From Bdellovibrionales bacterium RIFOXYD12_FULL_39_22 (lineage in GTDB: Bacteria > Bdellovibrionota > Bacteriovoracia > Bacteriovoracales > Bacteriovoracaceae), in the NCBI GenBank assembly GCA_001770205.1, contig MEQL01000052.1:1-64000 (forward strand): a stretch of DNA of 64,000 nucleotides. Direction: 5' to 3'. Of this stretch, positions 50,135 to 60,505 are shown in pieces; position 1 is the stretch's first letter; the number at the start of each line of letters is the position of its first letter. The notes under the pieces are model-generated. The model did no database searches. It was not told where the DNA came from and saw only the letters and a list, made by a program, of their open reading frames with translations. Position numbers and translations under genes: made by a program.

Positions 50135-51358
50135 ATGAAGGCACGTTTACTCTTTATTACCCTTTTTCTTTGCTATTTTTTACTATCCTGCCAAAACGTT
50201 CTTGCTGACACCTGGATAACTACCAATAGCTCCACCTTGGATTTTCTTCGCATACAAAATCTCGATGAGGATCTTACTCCTACTGATTACATCTTGGGCA
50301 ACTATATTTCTGCAATTAGACTTTCCGAAAGTGGGGCAGAAAAATTAGCGTTCATTTTAAAATCTCAAAGCGCACAGTTAGGTGGATTCATCGTGCACTC
50401 AAGCTATGAGGAAGCACAAAAAGCAATGTACGAAGCTGAACAGAAGATATGGAGCGATTATGTTTCCATCATCCCCTACACTATCGACCAAGACAAAATA
50501 GTTACCCCGCTAATTGCCCAGGTAAATGAAGCGGACATTACTGCAACTATCGCCAAGCTATCGAGCTACGAAACCAGATATCATAAATCAGATAGTGGAA
50601 AGGAGTCGCAATTGTGGCTGGCCGACTATTGGGGTTCTCTGACAAAAGGCCGCAAGGATATTTCGATAGAAGTAGTAACTCACAAAAAAACTCCTCAACC
50701 ATCAATCATTCTGACTGTTAGTGGAACAAAATATCCTAACGAAATCGTTGTTGTTGGCGGACACGGCGACTCAATGCCAGGTGGCATTTGGGGGAGAATG
50801 GGATCTGGGCCAGCACCAGGAGCAGATGATAATGCCTCTGGTATTGCCACCATTACAGAAGTTATTCGTCTTATTGTGGCCAATGATTTAACTCCTAATC
50901 GAACGATCAAATTCATCTCTTATGCTGCAGAAGAAGTTGGCCTAGTTGGTTCTGGGGAGATTGCTAGTAATTATAAGAAAAACAAACAGAACGTTATTGG
51001 CGCCCTACAGTTAGATATGGTAAACTACCGAGGATCTGCCCTGGAAATGTATCTGGTAAATGATTACACCAGTTCCGCACAAAATAATTTCCTTGGAAAA
51101 CTCATTGATTACTACTTAAAATTTACCTGGGGAACAATCAAGTGTGGCTATGGCTGCTCTGATCACGCTTCTTGGAACGCTGCAGGCTTTCCGGCATCTG
51201 TTCCTTTTGAATCAACTATGGATGAATATAATCCGAATATCCATTCCAAAAAAGATACGCTGGATGTAACGAATGGGCACTCTTATAATGCTGTTAAATT
51301 TGCTAAATTGGCCCTGGCCTATACTATTGAGCTAGCAAAATTTAATTTTAGTCGATGA
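50135..51358 (+). CDS. Secreted M28 leucyl aminopeptidase
   Basis: GGHGDS, GADDNASG, AAEEVGL, QLDM, CSDHASW, IHS. Confidence 0.92.
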   Translation: MKARLLFITLFLCYFLLSCQNVLADTWITTNSSTLDFLRIQNLDEDLTPTDYILGNYISAIRLSESGAEKLAFILKSQSAQLGGFIVHSSYEEAQKAMYEAEQKIWSDYVSIIPYTIDQDKIVTPLIAQVNEADITATIAKLSSYETRYHKSDSGKESQLWLADYWGSLTKGRKDISIEVVTHKKTPQPSIILTVSGTKYPNEIVVVGGHGDSMPGGIWGRMGSGPAPGADDNASGIATITEVIRLIVANDLTPNRTIKFISYAAEEVGLVGSGEIASNYKKNKQNVIGALQLDMVNYRGSALEMYLVNDYTSSAQNNFLGKLIDYYLKFTWGTIKCGYGCSDHASWNAAGFPASVPFESTMDEYNPNIHSKKDTLDVTNGHSYNAVKFAKLALAYTIELAKFNFSR

Positions 51359-51369
51359 CTCTTACTACT

Positions 51370-52209
51370 CTACTCACAATTGTCTTTTATCTCTATATCA
51401 TCCGAATCGTCACCTATGGCCACCCGGATAGTGGCGGTATATGCATCCTCACATCCTAAAAAGCGTACCGTCGCACTTCCTTCTACTCCCCTAGTAAAAG
51501 TAGACGTAATTGTTCCGGAGGTAGGATAGCAACAAGAAGAATCATCCCATCTTAAATTGCGAAACACATGCTTCGCATTAAACTGCGCAACGTTATGATA
51601 TACCATTAAAGTTCCAGATTCTATCTGTCGATCTCCACGCGCAATGCTATTTAGATGAATGGCCGAAGATGTTTTAACGGAGACATTGACTAACTCTGCT
51701 CCGGCCGGGGTCTTAATAGATTTATTCATTCCCAAAATAGTTAACTCATAATCAGAGGAACTGTTTCTTAAAATTTTAATTCCGCCTCCTATGGTGGTTC
51801 CCTCCCAGTTTTGCGCCTCTTCACTAGTAGACGTTAGTTTTAAACTTGGTGTAGTTACCCTAATGGTAGCAGTGCGAATTAATTCCTCTCCATTTATATC
51901 GAGAGCACAATTATCATTATTGCTATCGTTATCCTTAAATGATTTGGTCACTTGTCCAGAGGTGGAGTAAGCCCCGGAAGTCCGATTAACAGTTGCAGTG
52001 CATCCTACTAGGTTCTGTTCTGTATAAAAATCCATTAGACGCTCTCCCGAATCTGCGTCCAGCGCACCACCATCAATTATTGGTAATGACGTATTAACTG
52101 ATTCCGCAACATAATCAAAACTTAATTCTTCTGCTGGCTTGGGAGCACATGACGCAAAAAGGCCGGCCAATACAATAATCATAAAACTAAGATGCAAAAA
52201 AAATCTCAT
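51370..52209 (-). CDS. Hypothetical beta-rich lipoprotein
   Basis: Lipobox FASC; Cys pairs, CCYPTSG; ATGA overlap with rsmJ. Confidence 0.7.
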   Translation of the reverse strand: MRFFLHLSFMIIVLAGLFASCAPKPAEELSFDYVAESVNTSLPIIDGGALDADSGERLMDFYTEQNLVGCTATVNRTSGAYSTSGQVTKSFKDNDSNNDNCALDINGEELIRTATIRVTTPSLKLTSTSEEAQNWEGTTIGGGIKILRNSSSDYELTILGMNKSIKTPAGAELVNVSVKTSSAIHLNSIARGDRQIESGTLMVYHNVAQFNAKHVFRNLRWDDSSCCYPTSGTITSTFTRGVEGSATVRFLGCEDAYTATIRVAIGDDSDDIEIKDNCE

Positions 52210-52988
52210 AGCTTTTCTCCCGAGGGCTCAAAATGAGTTGGGGTTAAATATACATCATAACGAGTGCTTTTACCCGCGAAAACTATATCTGGTGGCCTTT
52301 TTCCAAGTGTCGGTGCTGCCAATGAGCGTTTTACAACCACACGCGAAGTTGCGTGCTGCAAGGCCCACTCAAAAAGATTTTCGGCATCATAATGATCAAC
52401 CGGACCTAATAACTCTCGCAAAATCTGCATCTCTTTTTTCGGTAAGGAATTTTTTTTCTTTTCCGGATACATCGGATCCAAATATATAACGTCGCTCTTT
52501 TTATTATAAATACGACAATCGCCGCCAAACAAAGTGAAGCGACTTTTAAAAATATCCTTAAGCTGTGGGTCCACTTCGCTCGCGCGGCCAATGGCATCTT
52601 CAATTAATATGTGTAAAATAAAAGAGCGTTCAAAGGCAACTACCGATGCCCCCATTGCTAGCATCAAAATCGAATCATCTGCTACTCCACAAGTAGCGTC
52701 CAATATTTTCATCTCTTTTCCTGATGCTCGATGAAGTCCTAGCGCTTTGGCAAAAGGTTCACGCGAAAGAACATAGCGCATGCTTTGATGATATTGCCAC
52801 TTTTTCCACAAATCGATCAAAAGATGCAGTGGCCTTTTTGGGGTTTTATTCCCAATACAAACCAAAGAGAGAGTGCCGGATTGCTCATGTAAATACCAAG
52901 AAAACCCAGCAGGTTGCTCCACAACTTCTAAGTTGTGTTCTCGCGCTAATGCCTGCAATTTTTCTGGCAACTGCAAACCGTTCTCCAC
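52206..52988 (-). CDS. rsmJ: 16S rRNA m2G1516 methyltransferase
   Basis: ILDATCG, FERS, IYLDPMYP, LPKKEM, RVVVKR, GKSTRYDVY. Confidence 0.9.
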   Translation of the reverse strand: MENGLQLPEKLQALAREHNLEVVEQPAGFSWYLHEQSGTLSLVCIGNKTPKRPLHLLIDLWKKWQYHQSMRYVLSREPFAKALGLHRASGKEMKILDATCGVADDSILMLAMGASVVAFERSFILHILIEDAIGRASEVDPQLKDIFKSRFTLFGGDCRIYNKKSDVIYLDPMYPEKKKNSLPKKEMQILRELLGPVDHYDAENLFEWALQHATSRVVVKRSLAAPTLGKRPPDIVFAGKSTRYDVYLTPTHFEPSGEKL

Positions 52989-53123
52989 CCAAATTGCAAT
53001 TTTTTTGCTATTGTTCTGGATAAGTCACCTTGTTTTATGATAAAAATTCCACTCGTTACTATTTTTTTGCTCGCAATTATAATGCTAGCAAATCGTTACC
53101 TATCCAACAAGGAGAGATATAAT

Positions 53124-56100
53124 ATGAGCAAATCATTCGCTGAACTTCCCTACAATCCGCACAATCTTCCACGTGAATTAAAACAATTTTATATCTCTGC
53201 CAGTAATGATGAAATCAAATCCATGTTAAAAGAATTGGGCCTCTCCTCTTTGGAGCAACTGTATGAGCACATTCCAGAAGAAATTAAATTCAAAGAAGAT
53301 GTTGGCATCGGGCCGGGACTATCCTATCAAGAATTAATTGAACACATTTCTTCTATCGGAGCAAAAAATCATCTGGCCAGCTCCTTTATCGGCGATGGAT
53401 TAAAAAATTTCAAAGAAAGTGAAATTGTGAAATATGTTAGCAATATACGTGAACTTACGACCGCCTACACTCCTTATCAACCAGAGCGAAGTCAAGGGAC
53501 ACTGCAAACGCTTTGGCTTTATGCTCAGACACTCAGCAAATTGACTGGATTTGAAGCAATTAACTCCTCTATGTATGATCGGGCCACCTGCCTTTTTGAA
53601 GCATTAAATAGTGCCATTAAAATTGTTCGCAATAGCGATAGCGTTATTGTGTGTGAATCAATTTATCCGGGAGATATGAGCGTTTTAAAAACAATGGCCA
53701 CAGAATGCAAGATCAATATTGTGACAGTTCCTGTCGATAGTAAGACGGGTACCACTTCTCTTTCCACTCTAAAAGATGCCGCCAAATCCCTAGGCCCACG
53801 ACTAGCGGCGATTGCCTTCCCGCAAGTAAATGCTCTCGGCAATTTAGAAGATGTTAATGCTATTGTTGATTTGACCTCCGAATTTAAAACCTGTTCTATT
53901 GCTATTGTTGATCCTATGCTCCTGGCCACCGGAGGATTAATTCCGCCTTCTCAATTTGGCAGCAACAAGCAAGGAGCAACCATCCTGGTTGCCGAGGGAC
54001 AGCATTTGGCGATCGGCCCTAATTTTGGAGGCCCAGGCCTTGGTATTTTTGGTATTCGCTATGATGATAAAAATAAAAACAATATCCGCACCACTCCAGG
54101 ACGCTACGTCGGCAAAGGCAAGGATAATACTGGCAAAACTGCACTTTCGATCATTCTCTCCACTCGTGAGCAGCACATTCGCCGAGAAAAGGCCACTTCC
54201 AACATCTGCTCAAATGAGGCCTTTATTGCCTCCTTGGCCGGAGCATCTATATTGCAAAAGGGAGAGACCGGTATGCAAAAAAGCTGTATCACCGCTCGTA
54301 AAAATTGTGAGTGGGTGGCAACTCACCTTCTACAATTTGCCGGAGTAAAACTCGCCTATCCAGAAACTCCCTTTTTTAATGAATTTACCATAGAACTTCC
54401 ATGCAGTACCGCCACCTTCATTCAAAAAGGACGCCTGGCCGGATTGCATGTGGGCGTAGATGTTTCCAAAAGGGATAACACAAAACGCAATCTTTTAATG
54501 ATCTGTGTTACCGACATACAAGAAGAGACAGATTTTAAAAAGCTATTTTCCTTTTTCACTAGCGAATTTGGTGATCCCAAAACGGCCGCAAGCGAAATAC
54601 CTCACGGGCCTTATAAATTTAATCGCACAGCCAATATGATTAATAATCCCGTTTATACCTACGATAAACCACATATTCCGTCCATTCCTAGTGCCCTTTT
54701 ACGTCAAGGCCCAGTTGGCCTTCCCCATTTTTCACTCGATGAGTTAAAAAGATTTTATGATAAACTAGGAGCGCAAAATGTAAGTCCTGATAGTAACATT
54801 TACCCACTTGGTTCTTGCACCATGAAGTACAACCCCTACGTCAACGACTACTTGGCCGGACTTTCTAATTTTACACAAACTCATCCACAAGCACCTATCG
54901 AAGATGTACAAGGTAATTTAGAAATTTTGTACAATATCCAAGAGATGTTTAAAAAAATCACTGGCCTTGCGGCAGTTACTACTCAACCAGTGGCCGGAGC
55001 ACATGGAGAATTAACTGGAATAAAACTCTTCCAGGCCTACCATAGAAATAATGGAGAAGATAAGCAGCGCAACGTAATCATCATTCCACACTCCGCCCAC
55101 GGAACTAATCCGGCCACAGCAACAGTTGCTGGCCTTGAAACTAAATGTGTTGATGGAATAAATTATGGAATCGTTCTGGTGGAGGCGGGAGCTAATGGCC
55201 AAATTGATCTTACACAATTAAAAAAACTCGTCAGTGAATATAACAAACGCATCGTTGGTGTTATGATAACCAACCCCAACACCTCTGGAATTTTTGAAAC
55301 CAAATTTAAAGAAATTGCTGACCTTATTCACTCTGTCGGCGGACTAGTATATATGGACGGTGCCAATATGAACGCTATTGCTGGTTGGGTTAATATGGGC
55401 AAAATGGGGGTCGATGCTATCCATAACAATCTACACAAAACATGGTCTATATCTCACGGAGGTGGTGGCCCAGGCGATGCTATCGTTGCCGTCTCCAGTA
55501 AATTGATCGATTTCCTACCTGGTATTCAAGTGGTAAAAAAAGGTAATCTTTTCACCACCGAAATCCCCCAAAAGAGCATTGGCCAAATGCATCGCCATTT
55601 TGGAAACTTTGCGCACAAGATTCGTGGCCTTAGTTATCTCAAGGCCCTCGGAGACCAAGGCATTCGCCAAATGTCGGCAGTAGCAGTACTATCTGCACGC
55701 TACCTAGAGAAAAAGTTAAAAAATATTTACTCCTTTTTACCGGCCAATACCAATAATGAAATTCGTATGCACGAATTCATTATTACGTTAGCAGAGGAAC
55801 TTTTTGCTAAAATTGAAAAATCTGGAACTGCCAAAGCGCAAGTTATTGCTAAGGTTGGCAAACTATTTTTGGATTATGGACTACATGCTCCAACCGTGGC
55901 ATTTCCAGAAGTGTTTGGACTTATGATTGAACCAACCGAGAGCTATACCAAAGCAGAACTTGATCGCTTCATTGATATTCTAACTGAAATGCACTATTTG
56001 CTGAATGAAAACCCAGAAGTCTTAAAAACCGTTCCTCATTTTACCCCAATTGGGAAAGTGGACGAGGTAGACGCTAATAAAAATGTGCTGCTATCTGAAG

Positions 56101-56216
56101 CACTAACCTCTCTTCCAGAAGTTTATCCCAATAAAATTACTCCTACCGAACTAGCGCAAATGAGTGTTCGAGATATTACCAAGAAAATTGTTGAGGCACA
56201 TAAAAAAGCGATGTAG
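53124..56216 (+). CDS. gcvP: Glycine dehydrogenase (P protein), single chain resembling fused GcvPA+GcvPB
   Basis: TAYTPYQPERSQG, REQHIRREKATSNIC, PLGSCTMKYN, DGANMNA, NLHKT..HGGGGPG, IEPTES; AGGAG RBS before ATG 53124. Confidence 0.93.
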   Translation: MSKSFAELPYNPHNLPRELKQFYISASNDEIKSMLKELGLSSLEQLYEHIPEEIKFKEDVGIGPGLSYQELIEHISSIGAKNHLASSFIGDGLKNFKESEIVKYVSNIRELTTAYTPYQPERSQGTLQTLWLYAQTLSKLTGFEAINSSMYDRATCLFEALNSAIKIVRNSDSVIVCESIYPGDMSVLKTMATECKINIVTVPVDSKTGTTSLSTLKDAAKSLGPRLAAIAFPQVNALGNLEDVNAIVDLTSEFKTCSIAIVDPMLLATGGLIPPSQFGSNKQGATILVAEGQHLAIGPNFGGPGLGIFGIRYDDKNKNNIRTTPGRYVGKGKDNTGKTALSIILSTREQHIRREKATSNICSNEAFIASLAGASILQKGETGMQKSCITARKNCEWVATHLLQFAGVKLAYPETPFFNEFTIELPCSTATFIQKGRLAGLHVGVDVSKRDNTKRNLLMICVTDIQEETDFKKLFSFFTSEFGDPKTAASEIPHGPYKFNRTANMINNPVYTYDKPHIPSIPSALLRQGPVGLPHFSLDELKRFYDKLGAQNVSPDSNIYPLGSCTMKYNPYVNDYLAGLSNFTQTHPQAPIEDVQGNLEILYNIQEMFKKITGLAAVTTQPVAGAHGELTGIKLFQAYHRNNGEDKQRNVIIIPHSAHGTNPATATVAGLETKCVDGINYGIVLVEAGANGQIDLTQLKKLVSEYNKRIVGVMITNPNTSGIFETKFKEIADLIHSVGGLVYMDGANMNAIAGWVNMGKMGVDAIHNNLHKTWSISHGGGGPGDAIVAVSSKLIDFLPGIQVVKKGNLFTTEIPQKSIGQMHRHFGNFAHKIRGLSYLKALGDQGIRQMSAVAVLSARYLEKKLKNIYSFLPANTNNEIRMHEFIITLAEELFAKIEKSGTAKAQVIAKVGKLFLDYGLHAPTVAFPEVFGLMIEPTESYTKAELDRFIDILTEMHYLLNENPEVLKTVPHFTPIGKVDEVDANKNVLLSEALTSLPEVYPNKITPTELAQMSVRDITKKIVEAHKKAM

Positions 56217-56220
56217 CTTT

Positions 56221-57432
56221 TTAGAGAGTTGTCTGAACTGAAGTTGTTGTAGCAAAATTCTTAGAGATTATATATTTACGAGATATCCTAATTCCAATTG
56301 CTCCAATTGGGGCGGTAATGATAATGCTCAAAACAGAAATTGCTAATATTATCTCTCCGAAAGGAAGTCCCAATGCTAGAGGAATCGCACCGATAGCGGC
56401 CTGCACTGTGGCCTTTGGAAAAGAAGAGATTATGCAAAATAATTTTTCGTTCAACTCCAACTTCTTTCCATACAAAGAAAGTAAAACACCGCCAGCACGA
56501 CCAAATAGTCCAACAAAAATAAGCAAAATAGCATAAGGCCCAACCTTGGCCAATACTGATAAATTAACTTGTGCTCCTACTAGCACAAATAAAATAATCT
56601 CGGCCATAATCCAGACTTTGTTGAATTTGTCGGATAATCGATGTGCCAAGGCCTCATACTTTTCTAGAATAATAAATCCCATTCCCATTATTCCAACCAG
56701 GCCAGAAATTGGTATTGGAAGAATTTCTTCTATTTTAAAAAGGAAAATCGAGATAATTAAAAAGACAATTACTTTTTTTGTATCTCGAACGTGATACTTC
56801 TTAAAAAAACCAATAAATAAGTATCCTATCCCCGCACCCAAGATAGCACCCGAAATAATACCCAGAGGAATCTTGGCAATTGAATATACAATATGCTCAT
56901 TCTCATTTTGATAGGTTTGAACAAGAGAATTAAAAATTGTGATAACAAAAATATTATCGATGGCCGCACCGGCCAATAAAAAAGTGGGAATATATTTTTT
57001 ACTTCCGGCCATTTTAGTTTTCAAATCCATCATCTGGGGAACAACAATGGCCGGAGAGACTGAAGAGATAACAAGTCCCAACATCGCGGCCATTAAATAA
57101 GACATCTTAAAAAAATATGCTGCAAAAAAAAGAATAAAAATGGATTCAAATAAAACTGGCAGAACCCCTATCTTTATGGCGTCCAGCCCGACCACATTTA
57201 GCTCTGATTTGCTAACACCTAGGCCAACGCGAATCAAAATGATAATTAAAGCGAGAGACCTAAGATCAGCAGAAAATCGCAAAACATCTGAAAGAATAAA
57301 ATCAAATCCGCTAGGTCCTAATACAATCCCGGCCAATATCATTCCCAGAACACCAGGCAATCTAATTTGCTCAAACAGTACGTAGAAAATCAATGCGGTA
57401 GTAACAACTATTGCTATATTAAACAACACCAA
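56221..57432 (-). CDS. Cation:proton antiporter (NHA/SLC9B-like)
   Basis: About 12 TM; VSPAIVVP, IDN, PKATVQAAIG, IIITAPIG. Confidence 0.9.
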   Translation of the reverse strand: MVLFNIAIVVTTALIFYVLFEQIRLPGVLGMILAGIVLGPSGFDFILSDVLRFSADLRSLALIIILIRVGLGVSKSELNVVGLDAIKIGVLPVLFESIFILFFAAYFFKMSYLMAAMLGLVISSVSPAIVVPQMMDLKTKMAGSKKYIPTFLLAGAAIDNIFVITIFNSLVQTYQNENEHIVYSIAKIPLGIISGAILGAGIGYLFIGFFKKYHVRDTKKVIVFLIISIFLFKIEEILPIPISGLVGIMGMGFIILEKYEALAHRLSDKFNKVWIMAEIILFVLVGAQVNLSVLAKVGPYAILLIFVGLFGRAGGVLLSLYGKKLELNEKLFCIISSFPKATVQAAIGAIPLALGLPFGEIILAISVLSIIITAPIGAIGIRISRKYIISKNFATTTSVQTTL

Positions 57433-57660
57433 TGCCTCTTATTTTTTATCGTTAATTTGCCCACTTCAGTACCAATTCATTGCTATTTATATAGCTTTTC
57501 CGTATCTTTAAAGTCTTTGCATTATAATTCTTTATGTAATTATTAACTTTATAATCATCCATTATTACTCCAAATTCCTTGGTACAGCCAACACTGTTTG
57601 CTAGATCAGTATATGCCATATTTTTAAAATCTCACGCTTGACTTAACAAAGCAATGATGC

Positions 57661-57692
57661 TACTTAACCGTTAATTTACTTAACCGTGTTAA
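57661..57692. promoter_or_regulatory. Tandem operator-like repeats upstream of the TsoY-like gene
   Basis: TACTTAACCGT at 57661 and 57677, each embedding a TTAAC...GTTAA palindrome; TTGACT at 57638. Confidence 0.55.
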
Positions 57693-57715
57693 CTATAACT
57701 TCAATAGGGGGTATT

Positions 57716-58957
57716 ATGAAAAAACAGTTTGCTACAGAGTACAATCCACTCTACTTTTTATCATCATTGGGGAACGGAGGACTTGCCGTTTCCTTCTTCA
57801 TCTACCTAATGTTCATGGTCAAACACCCAGATGCACCGATGGCCACATTTGGCCACGTTTACCCACTACTAACTGGATCAAATACTCGTATCGCCTTTCT
57901 AGTTGGTGCTGCTATGGCCGCAATTTTATATTTTACGTTTAGACATTTTTGGCTACTTGCACGCAATCTTAGCGCCTTTTCTGAATATAAAAAGAGTGAA
58001 GAATATCAAAAATTAATTACCTCTAACTCCGAAGTATCTCTTATGGCAATTCCTTTGACTTTGGCCATGAGTGTGAATGTCAGCTTTATAATTGGCGCAG
58101 TTTTTGTTCCAGGCCTTTGGAATATTGTTGAAACACTTTTTCCTTTTTCAATTATTGCTTTCACGGCCGTAGGAATTTTGGCACTAAAATATTTCGCTCA
58201 CTATGCCGCCCGAGTAATTACCAAAGGTGATTTTGATTTTATTCAAAATAATCATTTGGGACAGATGATCTCTAGCATGGCCTTCATTATGGTTTCGGTT
58301 GGCCTTGCTGCTCCTGCGGCAATGACTAAATCACCTGAACTTTCTGCCTTGGCCATTGTTTTATCTATTTTCTTTGGCAGTATTTCCCTGCTACTCATGA
58401 TGGTGAAAATGGTATTAGGTTTCAAATCAATTTTGCGCCAAGGCTTGGCAAAAGAATCTGCTCCTAGTATTTGGTCAGCAATTCCCATTTTAACACTCAT
58501 TGGAATAACAGGCGTACGCTTAACTTCTGCTGCTTTCCATAATTTTCTACACACTAATCCACCGGCGCTACTGATGTTTTTTGGATTGGCATTTATTATC
58601 TCTTTGCAAATCATTACCGGTTTTATTGGATATATCGTATTAAAGCGTGTTGGTTATTTTGAAGAATTTGTCTCTGGCCCAAAGAAAAGCGCTGGCAGCT
58701 TTGCACTGATTTGTCCTGGCGTTGCTTTTTTTGTTCTAGGTATGTTTTTTATCTCCTGGGGCCTTGTTAAAACAAATATTTTAACCATGTTTTCCCCTGC
58801 ATACTTTTTGATTTTGGCACCACTTGTCTTTGTCCAATTCAAAACAATTCATGTTTTAGGCAAATTGAACAAGAAACTTCTTACTGCCAGCACAACAGAA
58901 GATGATTTTTCAATCATTGAAAATATTAACCAAGGGCCATTGACTACGACGACTTAA
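57716..58957 (+). CDS. TsoY-like polytopic membrane protein (Cys form)
   Basis: PLYFL.SLG.GGL.VSFF, MAIPLTLAM, ALICPGVA as recalled for the TsoY family; about 10 TM; no in-frame TGA. Confidence 0.65.
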   Translation: MKKQFATEYNPLYFLSSLGNGGLAVSFFIYLMFMVKHPDAPMATFGHVYPLLTGSNTRIAFLVGAAMAAILYFTFRHFWLLARNLSAFSEYKKSEEYQKLITSNSEVSLMAIPLTLAMSVNVSFIIGAVFVPGLWNIVETLFPFSIIAFTAVGILALKYFAHYAARVITKGDFDFIQNNHLGQMISSMAFIMVSVGLAAPAAMTKSPELSALAIVLSIFFGSISLLLMMVKMVLGFKSILRQGLAKESAPSIWSAIPILTLIGITGVRLTSAAFHNFLHTNPPALLMFFGLAFIISLQIITGFIGYIVLKRVGYFEEFVSGPKKSAGSFALICPGVAFFVLGMFFISWGLVKTNILTMFSPAYFLILAPLVFVQFKTIHVLGKLNKKLLTASTTEDDFSIIENINQGPLTTTT

Positions 58958-59185
58958 TCGGATTGCTCTCACAAGTAGCAAGAAGCTACTCCTCCTAACA
59001 AACTAAACAGGTCAGGTAAAAGACTTGGCGTATGTGCTTATGATCAGATTAAAGACCACTTCGGACAGTAAGGTATCCCCCTTGCTGTCCCATACTGCGC
59101 CAATCGGCCATATTAGGGTTTATTGAATAAACTAAAATTCCGATACTTAAACAGAGAGGTTACTAACAAAAGAGGGTTGCCCGAA

Positions 59186-60505
59186 ATGGCAAGAAACTGT
59201 TACAAATTCATATCAACTTTAGGGCCTTTGAGTCTATCATTCTATAACGTCGTCATTTCTAAATTCCTTCTAATCGCTTATTCCATCACTGGAATTATCT
59301 ATGCAAATGAATTTGTAAGGCCGAACTCTCCTTTTGATTATGCCACTCAATCCGCCTTAACCGTAGAAAATACTCATGCTGTTTCTGGCGTAAAAGTTGC
59401 GTGGGCCAACTACGAAGCACTCCGGCGAGATTTTGTAATTCTTCGCAACTACTCAAATGATCAAATCGACAAGTGGCTTTTAAAAAATTTTTCGCGTATT
59501 GGAGCAGATCAACCCCTTTTAAATAATATTAGAAATTCTCCAATCCCTATAGATGAGTCCGCGCCAAAGGCCGTGGCATACCGCCCAGCAAACTGGCGCA
59601 GATCTGCTGCTTTGGAAGCACTTGATGACGATGGTAACATTGTCGGAATGGTTGATATTAAAGGATTCGGACATGGTGCTCAATCAGAGTTTGTATACAA
59701 TGATGGAACGAGATCCGAAATTCCCTCTAGTAATTCTGCTTATAAACAAGTCGAAGAGGCGAAAAAACTGCAAGGAAAAATAGACGCGTTGAATAAATTA
59801 AAAGTCAGAGGACACAGCAATGGCCTTATGAGTTTAGGTGAGGCAATCGCTGAAATGATAAGAGAGCAGGCCATTTCCAAAATATTTAAACACTCGGCCA
59901 GCGGATTAGAGGCCGTTGAATCCTATGCGATACTAAAACTTCCATTTAATATTTTAAAAGAGGATGGACAAGAAGAGCCTGCTTCTCTTTACTTACGACA
60001 GGCCAATGAGGGAAGAAATAGTGGATTATTTACACCATCGTTTGCTTACCGTGATCGATCAGGAAAGTTTCAATATACATCTTCAGGATCTGCCATTGAT
60101 TTTGGAGGAGCTACTTTTGAGGAAATTGAAATTGCAAGACTATGGGGAGAATCAATTCTGCAACAACCTGGCAAATGGGATCCTCAAAAAACAAAACCAT
60201 GGGAATATGCCCATGACACAGCATGGGCATACGCCAAACAAGGTAATCGCCAAATTATTGAAACACATCGGCAAGAAATGTTATCAGAAATAGATAATTG
60301 GATTGCTAAACATCCAGAAATTTTTTCATCTAATGGCGACAATAGTGAATACCTCAACTGGGTGGAGAAACATAAGGATCTGCCATACTCTGAAAAAAAG
60401 CTTGCCTTTAATAAATTTCAAAAAACAAACCTCCTCCTTCTTGGATTGAAAAGGCCGTTCTCGGAAATGACTGGGAATATGCTGAAAAAGCAGTCCTTAC
60501 TTTAA
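59186..60505 (+). CDS. Secreted SelO/YdiU-like kinase-fold domain (5' part of a frameshifted gene)
   Basis: Hydrophobic N-terminus; MVDIKGFG, NGLMSLGEAIAE, AIDFG echo SelO LQLKG.G / DGR..LR..IRE / TIDYG. Confidence 0.5.
   Translation: MARNCYKFISTLGPLSLSFYNVVISKFLLIAYSITGIIYANEFVRPNSPFDYATQSALTVENTHAVSGVKVAWANYEALRRDFVILRNYSNDQIDKWLLKNFSRIGADQPLLNNIRNSPIPIDESAPKAVAYRPANWRRSAALEALDDDGNIVGMVDIKGFGHGAQSEFVYNDGTRSEIPSSNSAYKQVEEAKKLQGKIDALNKLKVRGHSNGLMSLGEAIAEMIREQAISKIFKHSASGLEAVESYAILKLPFNILKEDGQEEPASLYLRQANEGRNSGLFTPSFAYRDRSGKFQYTSSGSAIDFGGATFEEIEIARLWGESILQQPGKWDPQKTKPWEYAHDTAWAYAKQGNRQIIETHRQEMLSEIDNWIAKHPEIFSSNGDNSEYLNWVEKHKDLPYSEKKLAFNKFQKTNLLLLGLKRPFSEMTGNMLKKQSLL

Noticed and set aside
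52990..53123. Glycine riboswitch or signal peptide upstream of gcvP
   Set aside because: Only GGAGAG (the RBS) is present, with no GCCGAAG/CTCAGG aptamer elements; the hydrophobic 29-aa extension from 53037 is probably untranslated
57716..60505. Selenoprotein recoding in the adjacent TsoY-like and SelO-like genes
   Set aside because: Neither has an in-frame TGA and both end in TAA; the adjacency may be coincidental
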